In this document: positions 45,713 to 53,664 of the stretch, piece by piece | Layout of the letters: each line of letters begins with the position of its first letter | Position numbering within the stretch: position 1 is the first letter of the stretch | Origin: a virus | DNA length: 64,000 nt | Direction: 5' to 3' (one strand) | IMG/VR virus record: IMGVR_UViG_3300009161_000031 | Location: 1-64,000 of that record | Position numbers and translations under genes: made by a program | The notes under the pieces: generated by a model | What the model was told of the DNA's origin: nothing | What the model saw: only the letters and a program-made list of their open reading frames with translations | Database searches by the model: none

Positions 45713-45853
45713 CTAGAAGTTGAGAGACTCAATCCACGCTGCGACAATCGGCAGGACTATGAACGCCGAGATGCCGAGCAGATACGGGAAGACCTGCCTC
45801 CACCTATCTTGGAGACTAAAGAATACCTCTACGCTATCGAAACGACGGTTCAT
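45713..45853 (-). CDS. 46-aa membrane peptide (not in the ORF track)
   Basis: MNRRFDSVEVFFSLQDRWRQVFPYLLGISAFIVLPIVAAWIESLNF; TGATG overlap with the upstream ORF. Confidence 0.55.
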   Translation of the reverse strand: MNRRFDSVEVFFSLQDRWRQVFPYLLGISAFIVLPIVAAWIESLNF

Positions 45854-46008
45854 CAGATTACCTTTCCGATTAGTGTGATGACTAGAGCGCCTAGACCTAT
45901 TAGGGCTAGGAATCCTAGCGTTATTAGGGTCACGCCGAGTAGCCCTGCGGCCACCTCTGCGAAACTATCTTCGCGAACATTCTTGAACCACACGTTAGAT
46001 AGTTTCAT
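45853..46008 (-). CDS. Small membrane protein
   Basis: RBS AAAGGAAAA; long hydrophobic C-terminus. Confidence 0.6.
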   Translation of the reverse strand: MKLSNVWFKNVREDSFAEVAAGLLGVTLITLGFLALIGLGALVITLIGKVI

Positions 46009-46234
46009 AGTTTTCCTTTGCTCGGGGTTGGTTTCCATAGTTAGAAACTACTAGCTGATGGCCTGCGAGTCAAGTCTATTTGGTTATTTATTCTAAGTTT
46101 ATCTAATACCGATACCAGCCTTTGCTGTCGTGCCTCACATTTATGTGAGGTGTCGTGAGGCACGACAGCCCGATAGGTTTCCGGGCGCGAAAAAGCCCCC
46201 CTTGCGGGGGGCTTCTGCCGACTCTCCGAGGCCG

Positions 46235-46576
46235 CTAGGCGACCTCGGGGCGGTCTTCCCGGCAGTCGTGATGCCCGCTGTAGCAAAACTCGTCGCTATC
46301 GAACTCTATAGAGTCATCGCCCTCAACGAAAATAAGCATCCCTGCGGCCATAGCCTCGTAATGCCCCTCGGGGTTCTGAATGATAGCCATGTAATCCCTG
46401 TCCGTTTGAGGGTCAAGCGCCTCAACGGCATAACCGATTAGAGCAGTTTTATCCGCCCAGTCCGCGTCCCAAAAGTTTCGAGACTCAATAAAGCGCATAA
46501 GTCTCCATTCTTTGACATCAAGTAAGCCGCCAAAGTGAAAATCTAGCAAGTGGCGAACGGTTTCGATGGTCTCCAT
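46235..46576 (-). CDS. Cassette protein, paralog of 46832-47179
   Basis: IETVRHLLDFH...NPEG.YEAMA.GML. Confidence 0.75.
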   Translation of the reverse strand: METIETVRHLLDFHFGGLLDVKEWRLMRFIESRNFWDADWADKTALIGYAVEALDPQTDRDYMAIIQNPEGHYEAMAAGMLIFVEGDDSIEFDSDEFCYSGHHDCREDRPEVA

Positions 46577-46831
46577 TTTTTCCCCTTAGATCGGGAGTGC
46601 GGGGTGCGCTCCAACAAGGACAAAACTAATCGCGTTACCTATTTGAGTCAAGTTATAGAGGCAAATTGAGGAAAAGAATAGGTTCACTCTAAGTAGCCAA
46701 AAGCTATCACCACTCAACGCTGGCGTGCCTCACATTTTTTTGTGAGGTGCCGTGAGGCACGCCAGCCCGATGGGTTTCCGGGCGCGAAAAAGCCCCCCTT
46801 GCGGGGGGCTTCTGCCGACTCTCCGAGGCCG

Positions 46832-47179
46832 CTAGGCAGCCTCGGGGCGAGATTCCCGGCAGTCGTCGTGCTGGTCGATACAAAACTCATCAAGGTCGAA
46901 ATCTAAGATACCTGAGGATTCTATGTGGCTAAGCATACCGACAGCCATCGCTTCGTAGTATCCCTCGGGGTTATTCATAATGACCTGATAATCATCGGCG
47001 GTCTGAGGGTTGATAACGCTCACCGCAAAACCGATAAGCGTCATTTTGTTTTCCCAATTTGCTTCCCAAAAGTTACGAAACATAATGGCACGCATTAGTT
47101 TCCATTCATCGTGGAATGGCATAGTAAATGAATCCTGATGAAAATCTAGCAAGTGGCGAACGGTTTCGATGTTGTCCAT
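46832..47179 (-). CDS. Cassette protein, paralog of 46235-46576
   Basis: Tandem duplicated cassette. Confidence 0.75.
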   Translation of the reverse strand: MDNIETVRHLLDFHQDSFTMPFHDEWKLMRAIMFRNFWEANWENKMTLIGFAVSVINPQTADDYQVIMNNPEGYYEAMAVGMLSHIESSGILDFDLDEFCIDQHDDCRESRPEAA

Positions 47180-47422
47180 TTTGTCCCCTTAGGTTGGGAG
47201 TGCCGGTTGCGCTCCAACAAGGACAAAACTAATCGCGTTTCGGTTTTGAGTCAACTTCTGCTAACGATTTGAGCAAAAGAATAGGTTCACTCTAAGTGGC
47301 CACCAGCTACCACCAGACCCAGCGGGCGCACGCTACGAGGAACGAGTAGCGGGCAGCGTGCGCCCGCCCCCGAGGGGGAGTCACGGAGAGTGGTTGCCCA
47401 CCCTCCGTGACCCGACCGGCCC

Positions 47423-47728
47423 CTACAGGTAGTCGTGGGCGATGTTGCGGATTATGTCGTTTACCCAACGGTCGGGCCAATCGAGGTAATCCTGAGACTC
47501 TGCGAATACGTCCACCGCATTGGCAAATGTGGTCACGCCTACGATAGCGTGCGGGAATCCCATACGGACTAAGGATAGGCTCTGAGTCCATTCCATAGAG
47601 TCTAGGGCTAGGATAAGGGGCATTAGGGCATCTATTGAGTGAACAGATCGCGCCTCGCCGCTGGCGTGAGCCTCAATGAGGCTAAGGCGTAGCGCCTTGC
47701 CCTCTGCGTCTAGTGAGTAATTCGGCAT
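47423..47728 (-). CDS. Cassette hypothetical protein
   Basis: Fits between promoter and terminator hairpin. Confidence 0.65.
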   Translation of the reverse strand: MPNYSLDAEGKALRLSLIEAHASGEARSVHSIDALMPLILALDSMEWTQSLSLVRMGFPHAIVGVTTFANAVDVFAESQDYLDWPDRWVNDIIRNIAHDYL

Positions 47729-47973
47729 AATCGTGGAACCTTTCAGGTGAGGTGCGCCGGTTGCGCTCCAACAAGGACAAACCTACTAGCGTTCCGAATC
47801 TGAGTCAAGGCGGGAGAGCAAATTGAGGAAACAATGATGTTCACTCTAAGTGGCCAAAAGCTACCACCACACTCAGCGGGCGCACGCTACGAGGAACGAG
47901 TAGCGGGCAGCGTGCGCCCGCCCCCGAGGGGGGGTCACGGAGAGTGGTTGCCCACTCTCCGTGACCGGGTCGG

Positions 47974-48219
47974 TTAGAAATCGCACTCGTGGTTTACGTC
48001 GTGGTCGTCAAGGTTGGGAAGTTCGTGCCTCCACGCTTGGTAGAGAATCGCTTCCTCTAGCGCTGCTGCGCTGTAGTTTAGGATTGTGTAATCGAGCCAC
48101 TTAGCGCCCGACTCTGCGGAAATCGTGCGAGAAATCTCGCAACGAAATGCGCGAACTAATGGGGCAAGTGCCGAACGCGACGCGGTTTCGGCGGCTAGGA
48201 CTTTCTGTGTGTTGGTCAT
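47974..48219 (-). CDS. Cassette hypothetical protein, predicted leaderless mRNA
   Basis: ATG 6 nt after the -10 box TAGATT. Confidence 0.65.
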   Translation of the reverse strand: MTNTQKVLAAETASRSALAPLVRAFRCEISRTISAESGAKWLDYTILNYSAAALEEAILYQAWRHELPNLDDHDVNHECDF

Positions 48220-48430
48220 AAGAGAAATCTACCCTAGATTAGATTCTGAGTCTAGTTATGCGGCTAAAGATTGTCTCAAGATGTTGAGGTTAGAATACTC
48301 ACTCTAAGTGGCCAAAAGCTATCACCAGCCGTTGCGGGCGCACGCTACGAGGAACGAGTAGCGGGCAGCGTGCGCCCGCCCCCGAGGGGGGCCACGGAGA
48401 GTGGTTGCCCACTCTCCGTGACCGGGTCGG

Positions 48431-48643
48431 TTACTCCTCCCAGCCGACGATGCGGTCGGGGACTTCCCAGTCCTCAACGTCGCCGTCGTCCTCGCTGCGG
48501 ACAGAGCGGGCGTAGACCTCGGGGTCATCGAAACTGAATTCGTAAACCTTGACCTCGATAGGAGCGCCCCACTGAATTCCAGAGAGGGCCGCGTCCCACT
48601 CCATTGCCAATTCGCTTGCGGTCTTGCCAGAGACGTTCGGCAT
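48431..48643 (-). CDS. Cassette acidic protein
   Basis: C-terminal EDDGDVEDWEVPDRIVGWEE shared with 49546-49731. Confidence 0.7.
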   Translation of the reverse strand: MPNVSGKTASELAMEWDAALSGIQWGAPIEVKVYEFSFDDPEVYARSVRSEDDGDVEDWEVPDRIVGWEE

Positions 48644-48911
48644 CTGCCAAATCCATTCTCTCAGGGAGTCCGCCGGTTGCTCGCTCCAATAAGTACAAAC
48701 TACTCGCGTTCGGAATCTGAGTCAACTTCTGCGTGCGAATTGAGGTAAAAATGATGTTCACTCTAAGTGGCCAAAAGCTATCACCACACAACGCTGGCGC
48801 ACGCTACGAGGGACGAGTAGGCGGCAGCGTGCGCCAGCCCGGGCCAAGGTCACTCTGAGTGATGAGGGGGGAGCGCCCCGACCCTTGCGGGCCGGGGCTT
48901 GACCCCTAGAC

Positions 48912-49220
48912 TCAGATTGAGAGTCTAAAGACCCTGGCTAGGTCTATGATTTCATCGCAAGCGGCTATTGCCTCGGTGCGAGGGACATCGTCGCCGCGTA
49001 GTGGGGCTAGGTCACCCAACACGCTTTGCATAGCGTGGCTGTAGGGGTTATCCATTCCCCAAATGCCGGTGGTCATGAGCACGTTGAAGATAACGTGAGC
49101 GTTCATGAACGTGCACCCCCACAATTCCTGTATCCGTTCCTTAATAAGTACGGAATTGGTGCTTACGGTTACCGCCGCATCGGTTGTCGCGGTTGCGACC
49201 TCTCCAGAGAAGTTCGGCAT
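48912..49220 (-). CDS. Cassette protein, paralog of 50028-50336
   Basis: MPNFSGEVATA...RI.ELW. Confidence 0.7.
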   Translation of the reverse strand: MPNFSGEVATATTDAAVTVSTNSVLIKERIQELWGCTFMNAHVIFNVLMTTGIWGMDNPYSHAMQSVLGDLAPLRGDDVPRTEAIAACDEIIDLARVFRLSI

Positions 49221-49545
49221 GTGGCCAAATCCATTCTCTCGGGGAGGGAGCCGGTTGCTCTCTCCAATAAGTACAAACTACCAAACATCAGTATGCGAGT
49301 CTATTTGTGCGCCTAATTATTACCTCAAGATTAAAAAAAGAATCCAAAAAAAACCAGCTCCCGGCTTGACACGGGCGAGCGGGTGTGATTTGTTCTGCGG
49401 CCACTCTAAGTGACATTTTTTCCCATACCAGCCAACGCGGGCGAGCTTAGCACACGGTAGATCGTGTGTGCGTATGGGGCGGCTCGCCCGCCGAACCCCA
49501 AAGGGGAGGGGAGAGGCTGGAGCCTCTCCCCTTTGCCCCCGGGAG

Positions 49546-49731
49546 TTACTCCTCCCAGCCGGTGATGCGGTCGGGGACTTCCCAGTCCTCAACATCGCCG
49601 TCATCCTCAAGCGGGAACCGGTCGGGGCTGACCGTGTGGAGGATGCTGTCCAACTGTCCGAGCGGATGCCCGAACATGTGTTCTATCAAGCCGCGTGCGT
49701 CAAACGCGGGGCTAGCAGAGAAGTTCGGCAT
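49546..49731 (-). CDS. Cassette acidic protein (chimeric)
   Basis: MPNFS start as in 48912-49220; C-terminus as in 48431-48643. Confidence 0.7.
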   Translation of the reverse strand: MPNFSASPAFDARGLIEHMFGHPLGQLDSILHTVSPDRFPLEDDGDVEDWEVPDRITGWEE

Positions 49732-50027
49732 GTGGCCAAATCCATTCTCTCGGGGAGGGAGCCGGTCGCTCTCTCCAATAAGTACAAACTACCAGCTAAT
49801 GGCTTGCGAGTCTATTTCTGCGGGCTATTTCTTTGCATTATTTCTTTTTTTATTTGTGAGCAGAACTTGACAGCGTACTAAACTTGTACTAGACTACCCC
49901 ACCACTCTGCGCTGGCGCACGCTACGAGGGACGAGTAGGCGGCAGCGTGCGCCAGCCCGGGCCAATGTCACTCTGAGTGATGAGGGGGGGGGGAGCGCCC
50001 CGACCCTTGCGGGCCGGGGCTTGACCC

Positions 50028-50336
50028 CTAGGCTGCGTCTACCCAATCCATCATTAGGTAAACGATTACCTCGGAGGCAATCATCGCCTCGGAGTGTGGA
50101 GTATTAGTCCGACGCAGGCCGATTAGTGAGGCCATTACTCTCTCGCCTGCGGTATGGGCCATTCCCTCGGTTGCCCAAATCATAGTGGACGATAGGGCTC
50201 CGAATACCGCTTGAGCGGTTCTTGAGTCAACATTCCACAATTCTTTGATGCGCTTAGTGATTGCTATTGAGCAAGGCGCTACGGTTACCGCCGTATCGGT
50301 TGCCGCGATTGCGACCTCTCCAGAGAAGGTAGGCAT
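50028..50336 (-). CDS. Cassette protein, paralog of 48912-49220
   Basis: MPTFSGEVAIA...RIKELW. Confidence 0.7.
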   Translation of the reverse strand: MPTFSGEVAIAATDTAVTVAPCSIAITKRIKELWNVDSRTAQAVFGALSSTMIWATEGMAHTAGERVMASLIGLRRTNTPHSEAMIASEVIVYLMMDWVDAA

Positions 50337-50654
50337 TTGGCCAAATCCAGTCTCTCGGGGAGCGAGCCGGTTGCTCTCTCCAATAAGTACAATTTACCAA
50401 ACATCAGTGAGTGAGTCTATTTCTGCGCCTCATTGTTTCCTCAAGATAATAAAAGAAATCCAGCTCCCGGCTTGACACGCAGCCGCGGCTGTGATTTATT
50501 CTGCGACCACTCTAAGTGACCAAAAATGCCAAACCAAGCCGAGCGGGCGAGCTTAGCACACGAAGAGCGTGTGTGCGTATGGGGCGGCTCGCCCGCCGAA
50601 CCCCAAAAGGGGAGGGGAGGGGCCGGAGCCCCCCCCCCTTGCTCCCCCGGAGGG

Positions 50655-50948
50655 TTACTCCTCGTCTCGGAAGACGGGGTACCAACGCTCACCCTCGGGG
50701 GTGACGATGAGAACATCGGCAGCCTCGGCAGCGGCGACGAGAATGTCCACCGTCGCTTCGAGTATTAGCAACTCGAAGGTTGTGGTGAACGAGGTGACCG
50801 CGTCAAGCGCCTTGTCCGTAGCCTTGAACGCGTCGGCCAACTCTTGCGCCTCGTAGCGGTTCACGTAGAACCCCTCTAGGCGTTTCGCGAGAACCGTCGC
50901 GTCGGCTACCGCGGGTGCGGTCTTGCTAAGAGAGAGAATCGGCTTCAT
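50655..50948 (-). CDS. Cassette hypothetical protein
   Basis: Start MKPILSLSK chosen by leader alignment (alternative ATG 50960). Confidence 0.65.
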   Translation of the reverse strand: MKPILSLSKTAPAVADATVLAKRLEGFYVNRYEAQELADAFKATDKALDAVTSFTTTFELLILEATVDILVAAAEAADVLIVTPEGERWYPVFRDEE

Positions 50949-51270
50949 GCCGTAGTCCATTCTCTTGGGGAGTCCGCCGGTTGCTCGCTCCGATAAGTAC
51001 AAACTACCAAACACGCCTATGCGAGTCCATTTCTGCGCCTCATTTTTTCCTCAAGATAAAAAAAAGAATCAAAAAAAAACTAGCTCCCGGCTTGACACGC
51101 AGCCGCGGCTGTGATTTATTTTATGACCACTCTAAGTGACCAAAAATGCCAAACCAAGCCGAGCGGGCGATCCTAGCACACGGTAGATCGTGTGTGCTTG
51201 GGCGGCTCGCCCGCGTGACCCCAAAGGGGGAGGGGAGAGGCCGGAGCCCCTCCCCTTGTTCCCGGCTCCC

Positions 51271-51480
51271 TTAGACTTCGTACCCGTGGCGGGTAAGAAT
51301 GTCCCGGGTCATTGAGACGATTGTCTCGTTGAGGGCAACCATCTCAGCCCCGAACGATTCGCCGTGAGAGCGAATGTTGATGTCAATCCCCGCATTGCGG
51401 ATTGACATTCTCAGCCGGGACTCAGCGTCGCGAACGAAGTCGCGAAGCACACTTGCCCCACTCTCGGTTATTCCGGCCAT
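51271..51480 (-). CDS. Cassette hypothetical protein
   Basis: RBS AAGGAGA before MAGITES. Confidence 0.65.
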   Translation of the reverse strand: MAGITESGASVLRDFVRDAESRLRMSIRNAGIDINIRSHGESFGAEMVALNETIVSMTRDILTRHGYEV

Positions 51481-51802
51481 AACTGTCTCCTTAGGTTCGT
51501 GGAGCGAACCGGTTGTTCCCTCCAACAAGTACTAACCTATCGCGTCCCCGTGTGCGAGTCCACTTCTGCGCCTAAATGTTTCCTCAAGATAAAAAAAAGA
51601 ATCGAAAAAAAACCAGCTCCCGGCTTGACACGGCGGCGCGCCTGTGATTTATTCTGCGGCCACTCTAAGTGACATTTTTTCCGCCCCCAGTTCTCGCGGG
51701 CGATCCTAGCACACGGTAGATCGTGTGTGCTTGGGCGGCTCGCCCGCGTGACCCCAAAGGGGAGGGGAGGGGCCGGAGCCCCCCCCCCTTTTCCCGGGAA
51801 GT

Positions 51803-52048
51803 TTACTTTGTCCACTTAATGGCAAAGTCGATTGCCTTAGGCAACATCACTTGGATGTCGTACTCATCCTCGGTGTAGTAGTCTGTGATGAGGTACTGTA
51901 GCGCCTCACTTATGACCTCGGGGGAGAGTGTGGCAACAAACTCCATGGCCGCCTTGACGCACATGATAGGCATGTGAATCGGGTCAAGGCTAACGGCCTT
52001 GGCGTGTGCCGCGATTGCGGCCTTGCTAAGAGAGAGAATCGGCTCCAT
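51803..52048 (-). CDS. Cassette hypothetical protein
   Basis: MEPILSLSK N-terminus shared with 50655-50948. Confidence 0.65.
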   Translation of the reverse strand: MEPILSLSKAAIAAHAKAVSLDPIHMPIMCVKAAMEFVATLSPEVISEALQYLITDYYTEDEYDIQVMLPKAIDFAIKWTK

Positions 52049-52331
52049 GCCGTAATCCATTCTCTAGGGGAGTCCGCCGGTTGCGTGCTCCGATAAGTAC
52101 AAACTACCAAACACGCGTAGGTGAGTCCACTTCTGCGCCTCATTATTACCTCAAGATAATAAAAAAAATAAATCCGGCTCCCGACTTGACACGGGGCCGC
52201 GGCTGTGATTTATTTCACGGCCACTCTAAGTGGTCAAAAAAGCGTATCCATATTTAGCGGGCGATCCTAGCACACGAAGAGCGTGTGTGCTGTCCGGGCC
52301 GCCCACGTAACTGTTGTTCTGGGGGGCCGCT

Positions 52332-52441
52332 GGGCGCGGCGAGCCGCGATGTGGGGCGCGGCGAGCCGCGATGTGGGGCGCGGCGAGCCGCGATGTGGGG
52401 CGCGGCGAGCCGCGATGTGGGGCGCGGCGAGACGCGATGTG
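52332..52441 (+). repeat. Tandem repeat, 5 x 22 bp GGGCGCGGCGAGCCGCGATGTG
   Basis: Read directly; last copy has one mismatch. Confidence 0.95.
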
Positions 52442-52538
52442 GGGTACGTCAAGCTGACTCCAGGCCAGAACCAGGGCTCGGGCCTGGGCGCGCAGAGGGG
52501 GGAGAGGCCGGAGCCCCTCCCCCGCCTCGCCTGCGGGG

Positions 52539-52652
52539 TTATGCGATGCAGTAGATTAGGAAGCAGAGCAGCTCTGCCCTGCGCTCTTCGCTCAAGAGCG
52601 GGGTCGTGTGGTACGTGTAGTCGAGCAACATAATCAGTTCGCCGTGTGTCAT
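52539..52652 (-). CDS. 37-aa cassette peptide (not in the ORF track)
   Basis: MTHGELIMLLDYTYHTTPLLSEERRAELLCFLIYCIA; RBS AAAGGAAAA; promoter 52694-52722. Confidence 0.6.
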   Translation of the reverse strand: MTHGELIMLLDYTYHTTPLLSEERRAELLCFLIYCIA

Positions 52653-52848
52653 AGTTTTCCTTTTTTCGGGGAGCCGGTTGCTCCGATAAAGATAACTTAT
52701 CACCGGCCCTAGTGTGAGTCAAGTTGGAGCGGGTATTTCTTTTATTTTATTTATCGGGCCGCGCTGTTGGCCGCGCTGTCGGGGTAGGTCGCGTGGTGTG
52801 TGCTGTTGTGTGAGTAGGGCAGGGCGGGTACGCCCTGCTGGCTCTGCC

Positions 52849-52946
52849 CTGGCCTGACCCAGGGTCGCGAGCTGGCCTGACCCAGGGCCGCGAGCTGGCC
52901 TGACCCAGGGCCGCGAGCTGGCCTGACCCAGGGCCGCGAGCTGGCC
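52849..52946 (+). repeat. Tandem repeat, about 4.3 x 23 bp CTGGCCTGACCCAGGGCCGCGAG
   Basis: Read directly; first copy has one mismatch. Confidence 0.95.
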
Positions 52947-53072
52947 GCGTCCTGGCCTACACGCGACAACGCCGCGACCCACGCTATCGGGTCGCGGTGT
53001 TCGCCTATGGCGGTACGATAACCCGCACCCCTTGAGACTCTCGCACTAGGCGAGAGTCTCGCGGGCTACGTG

Positions 53073-53294
53073 CTAGGCGCTTAGGGCTATTAGTTCGGTT
53101 GCGACGTTACCGGCGTTGGCGATTGTGTGGACTAGTGCGGCCTCAAGCGCGGTAGTCTGTCCATCGGTCGCAAGCATTAGCAACATCTCGCGGATAGTCC
53201 GGTCGGCGTTGGAATGGCCAAGAATCGCCTCGGTCACTCGGCGCGTTATTTCGTCAAGCCGTATTTCTACTGCGCGGTGCTGGTGGTGATTCAT
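53073..53294 (-). CDS. Hypothetical protein
   Basis: RBS AAAGGGGA; followed by a 64-bp repeat with hairpin. Confidence 0.6.
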   Translation of the reverse strand: MNHHQHRAVEIRLDEITRRVTEAILGHSNADRTIREMLLMLATDGQTTALEAALVHTIANAGNVATELIALSA

Positions 53295-53382
53295 TATGTC
53301 CCCTTTGGTTGGTTGGTTGGTGGTACGGTAACCCGCACCCCTTGAGACTCTCGCACTAGGCGAGAGTCTCGCGGGCTACGTG

Positions 53383-53664
53383 CTAAACGCTTACGTGGTG
53401 GAACGCTATCACCGCGTTCGCGTTCTCGGCACCGATTACGTTCCCACCGATTACGTGACCGGCGAGACGCGCAAGCCATACGCGGCGCTCTTTAGTTGGC
53501 ATCGCGGCTATTGCTATCGCGGCACCACGTAGGCGAGGCTCTGACTCAAACAGTAGGGCCGCGTTTGCCTTGAGGCGGAGACTCAAGGCATCTTGCTCCC
53601 CTACTACTTGCGCGCGGTCCGCGTTGCCACCGGTGTCCGGTAGGTCTAGCGTGGAATCGAACAT
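53383..53664 (-). CDS. Hypothetical protein
   Basis: RBS AAAGGGGA before MFDSTL; followed by the same 64-bp repeat. Confidence 0.6.
   Translation of the reverse strand: MFDSTLDLPDTGGNADRAQVVGEQDALSLRLKANAALLFESEPRLRGAAIAIAAMPTKERRVWLARLAGHVIGGNVIGAENANAVIAFHHVSV

Larger units (their letters stand above)
40674..52722 (-). repeat. Array of about 21 modular cassettes, each bounded by a long palindrome
   Basis: Palindromes start at 40674, 41800, 42421, 42836, 43493, 43992, 44566, 45109, 45545, 46124, 46719, 47322, 47876, 48334, 48793, 49437, 49911, 50543, 51163, 51696 and 52257 (degenerate); outer ends roughly GC(T/G)G(G/T)CG...CG(C/A)C(A/C)GC. Confidence 0.92.
42317..52722 (-). promoter_or_regulatory. 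20 repeated sigma70/SigA-type promoters, T(T/G/A)GACT-N17-TA(G/A)NNT
   Basis: At 42317-42345, 42757-42785, 43384-43412, 43913-43941, 44487-44515, 44990-45018, 45466-45494, 46045-46073, 46623-46651, 47226-47254, 47780-47808, 48226-48254, 48697-48725, 49275-49303, 49786-49814, 50391-50419, 51001-51029, 51534-51562, 52101-52129, 52694-52722; all with a 17-bp spacer and an AT-rich upstream tract. Confidence 0.88.

Noticed and set aside
40674-52722. CRISPR array interpretation of the periodic palindromes
   Set aside because: Spacing is 400-650 bp and contains promoters and ORFs, repeats are not identical, and there is no cas operon
40674-52722. Canonical integron
   Set aside because: No tyrosine recombinase in the window, no evident attC core boxes, and cassettes carry their own promoters; kept only as an analogy
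52332-52946. 22- and 23-bp tandem repeats as mini-CRISPR or coding repeats
   Set aside because: No spacers between units, and unit lengths are not multiples of three
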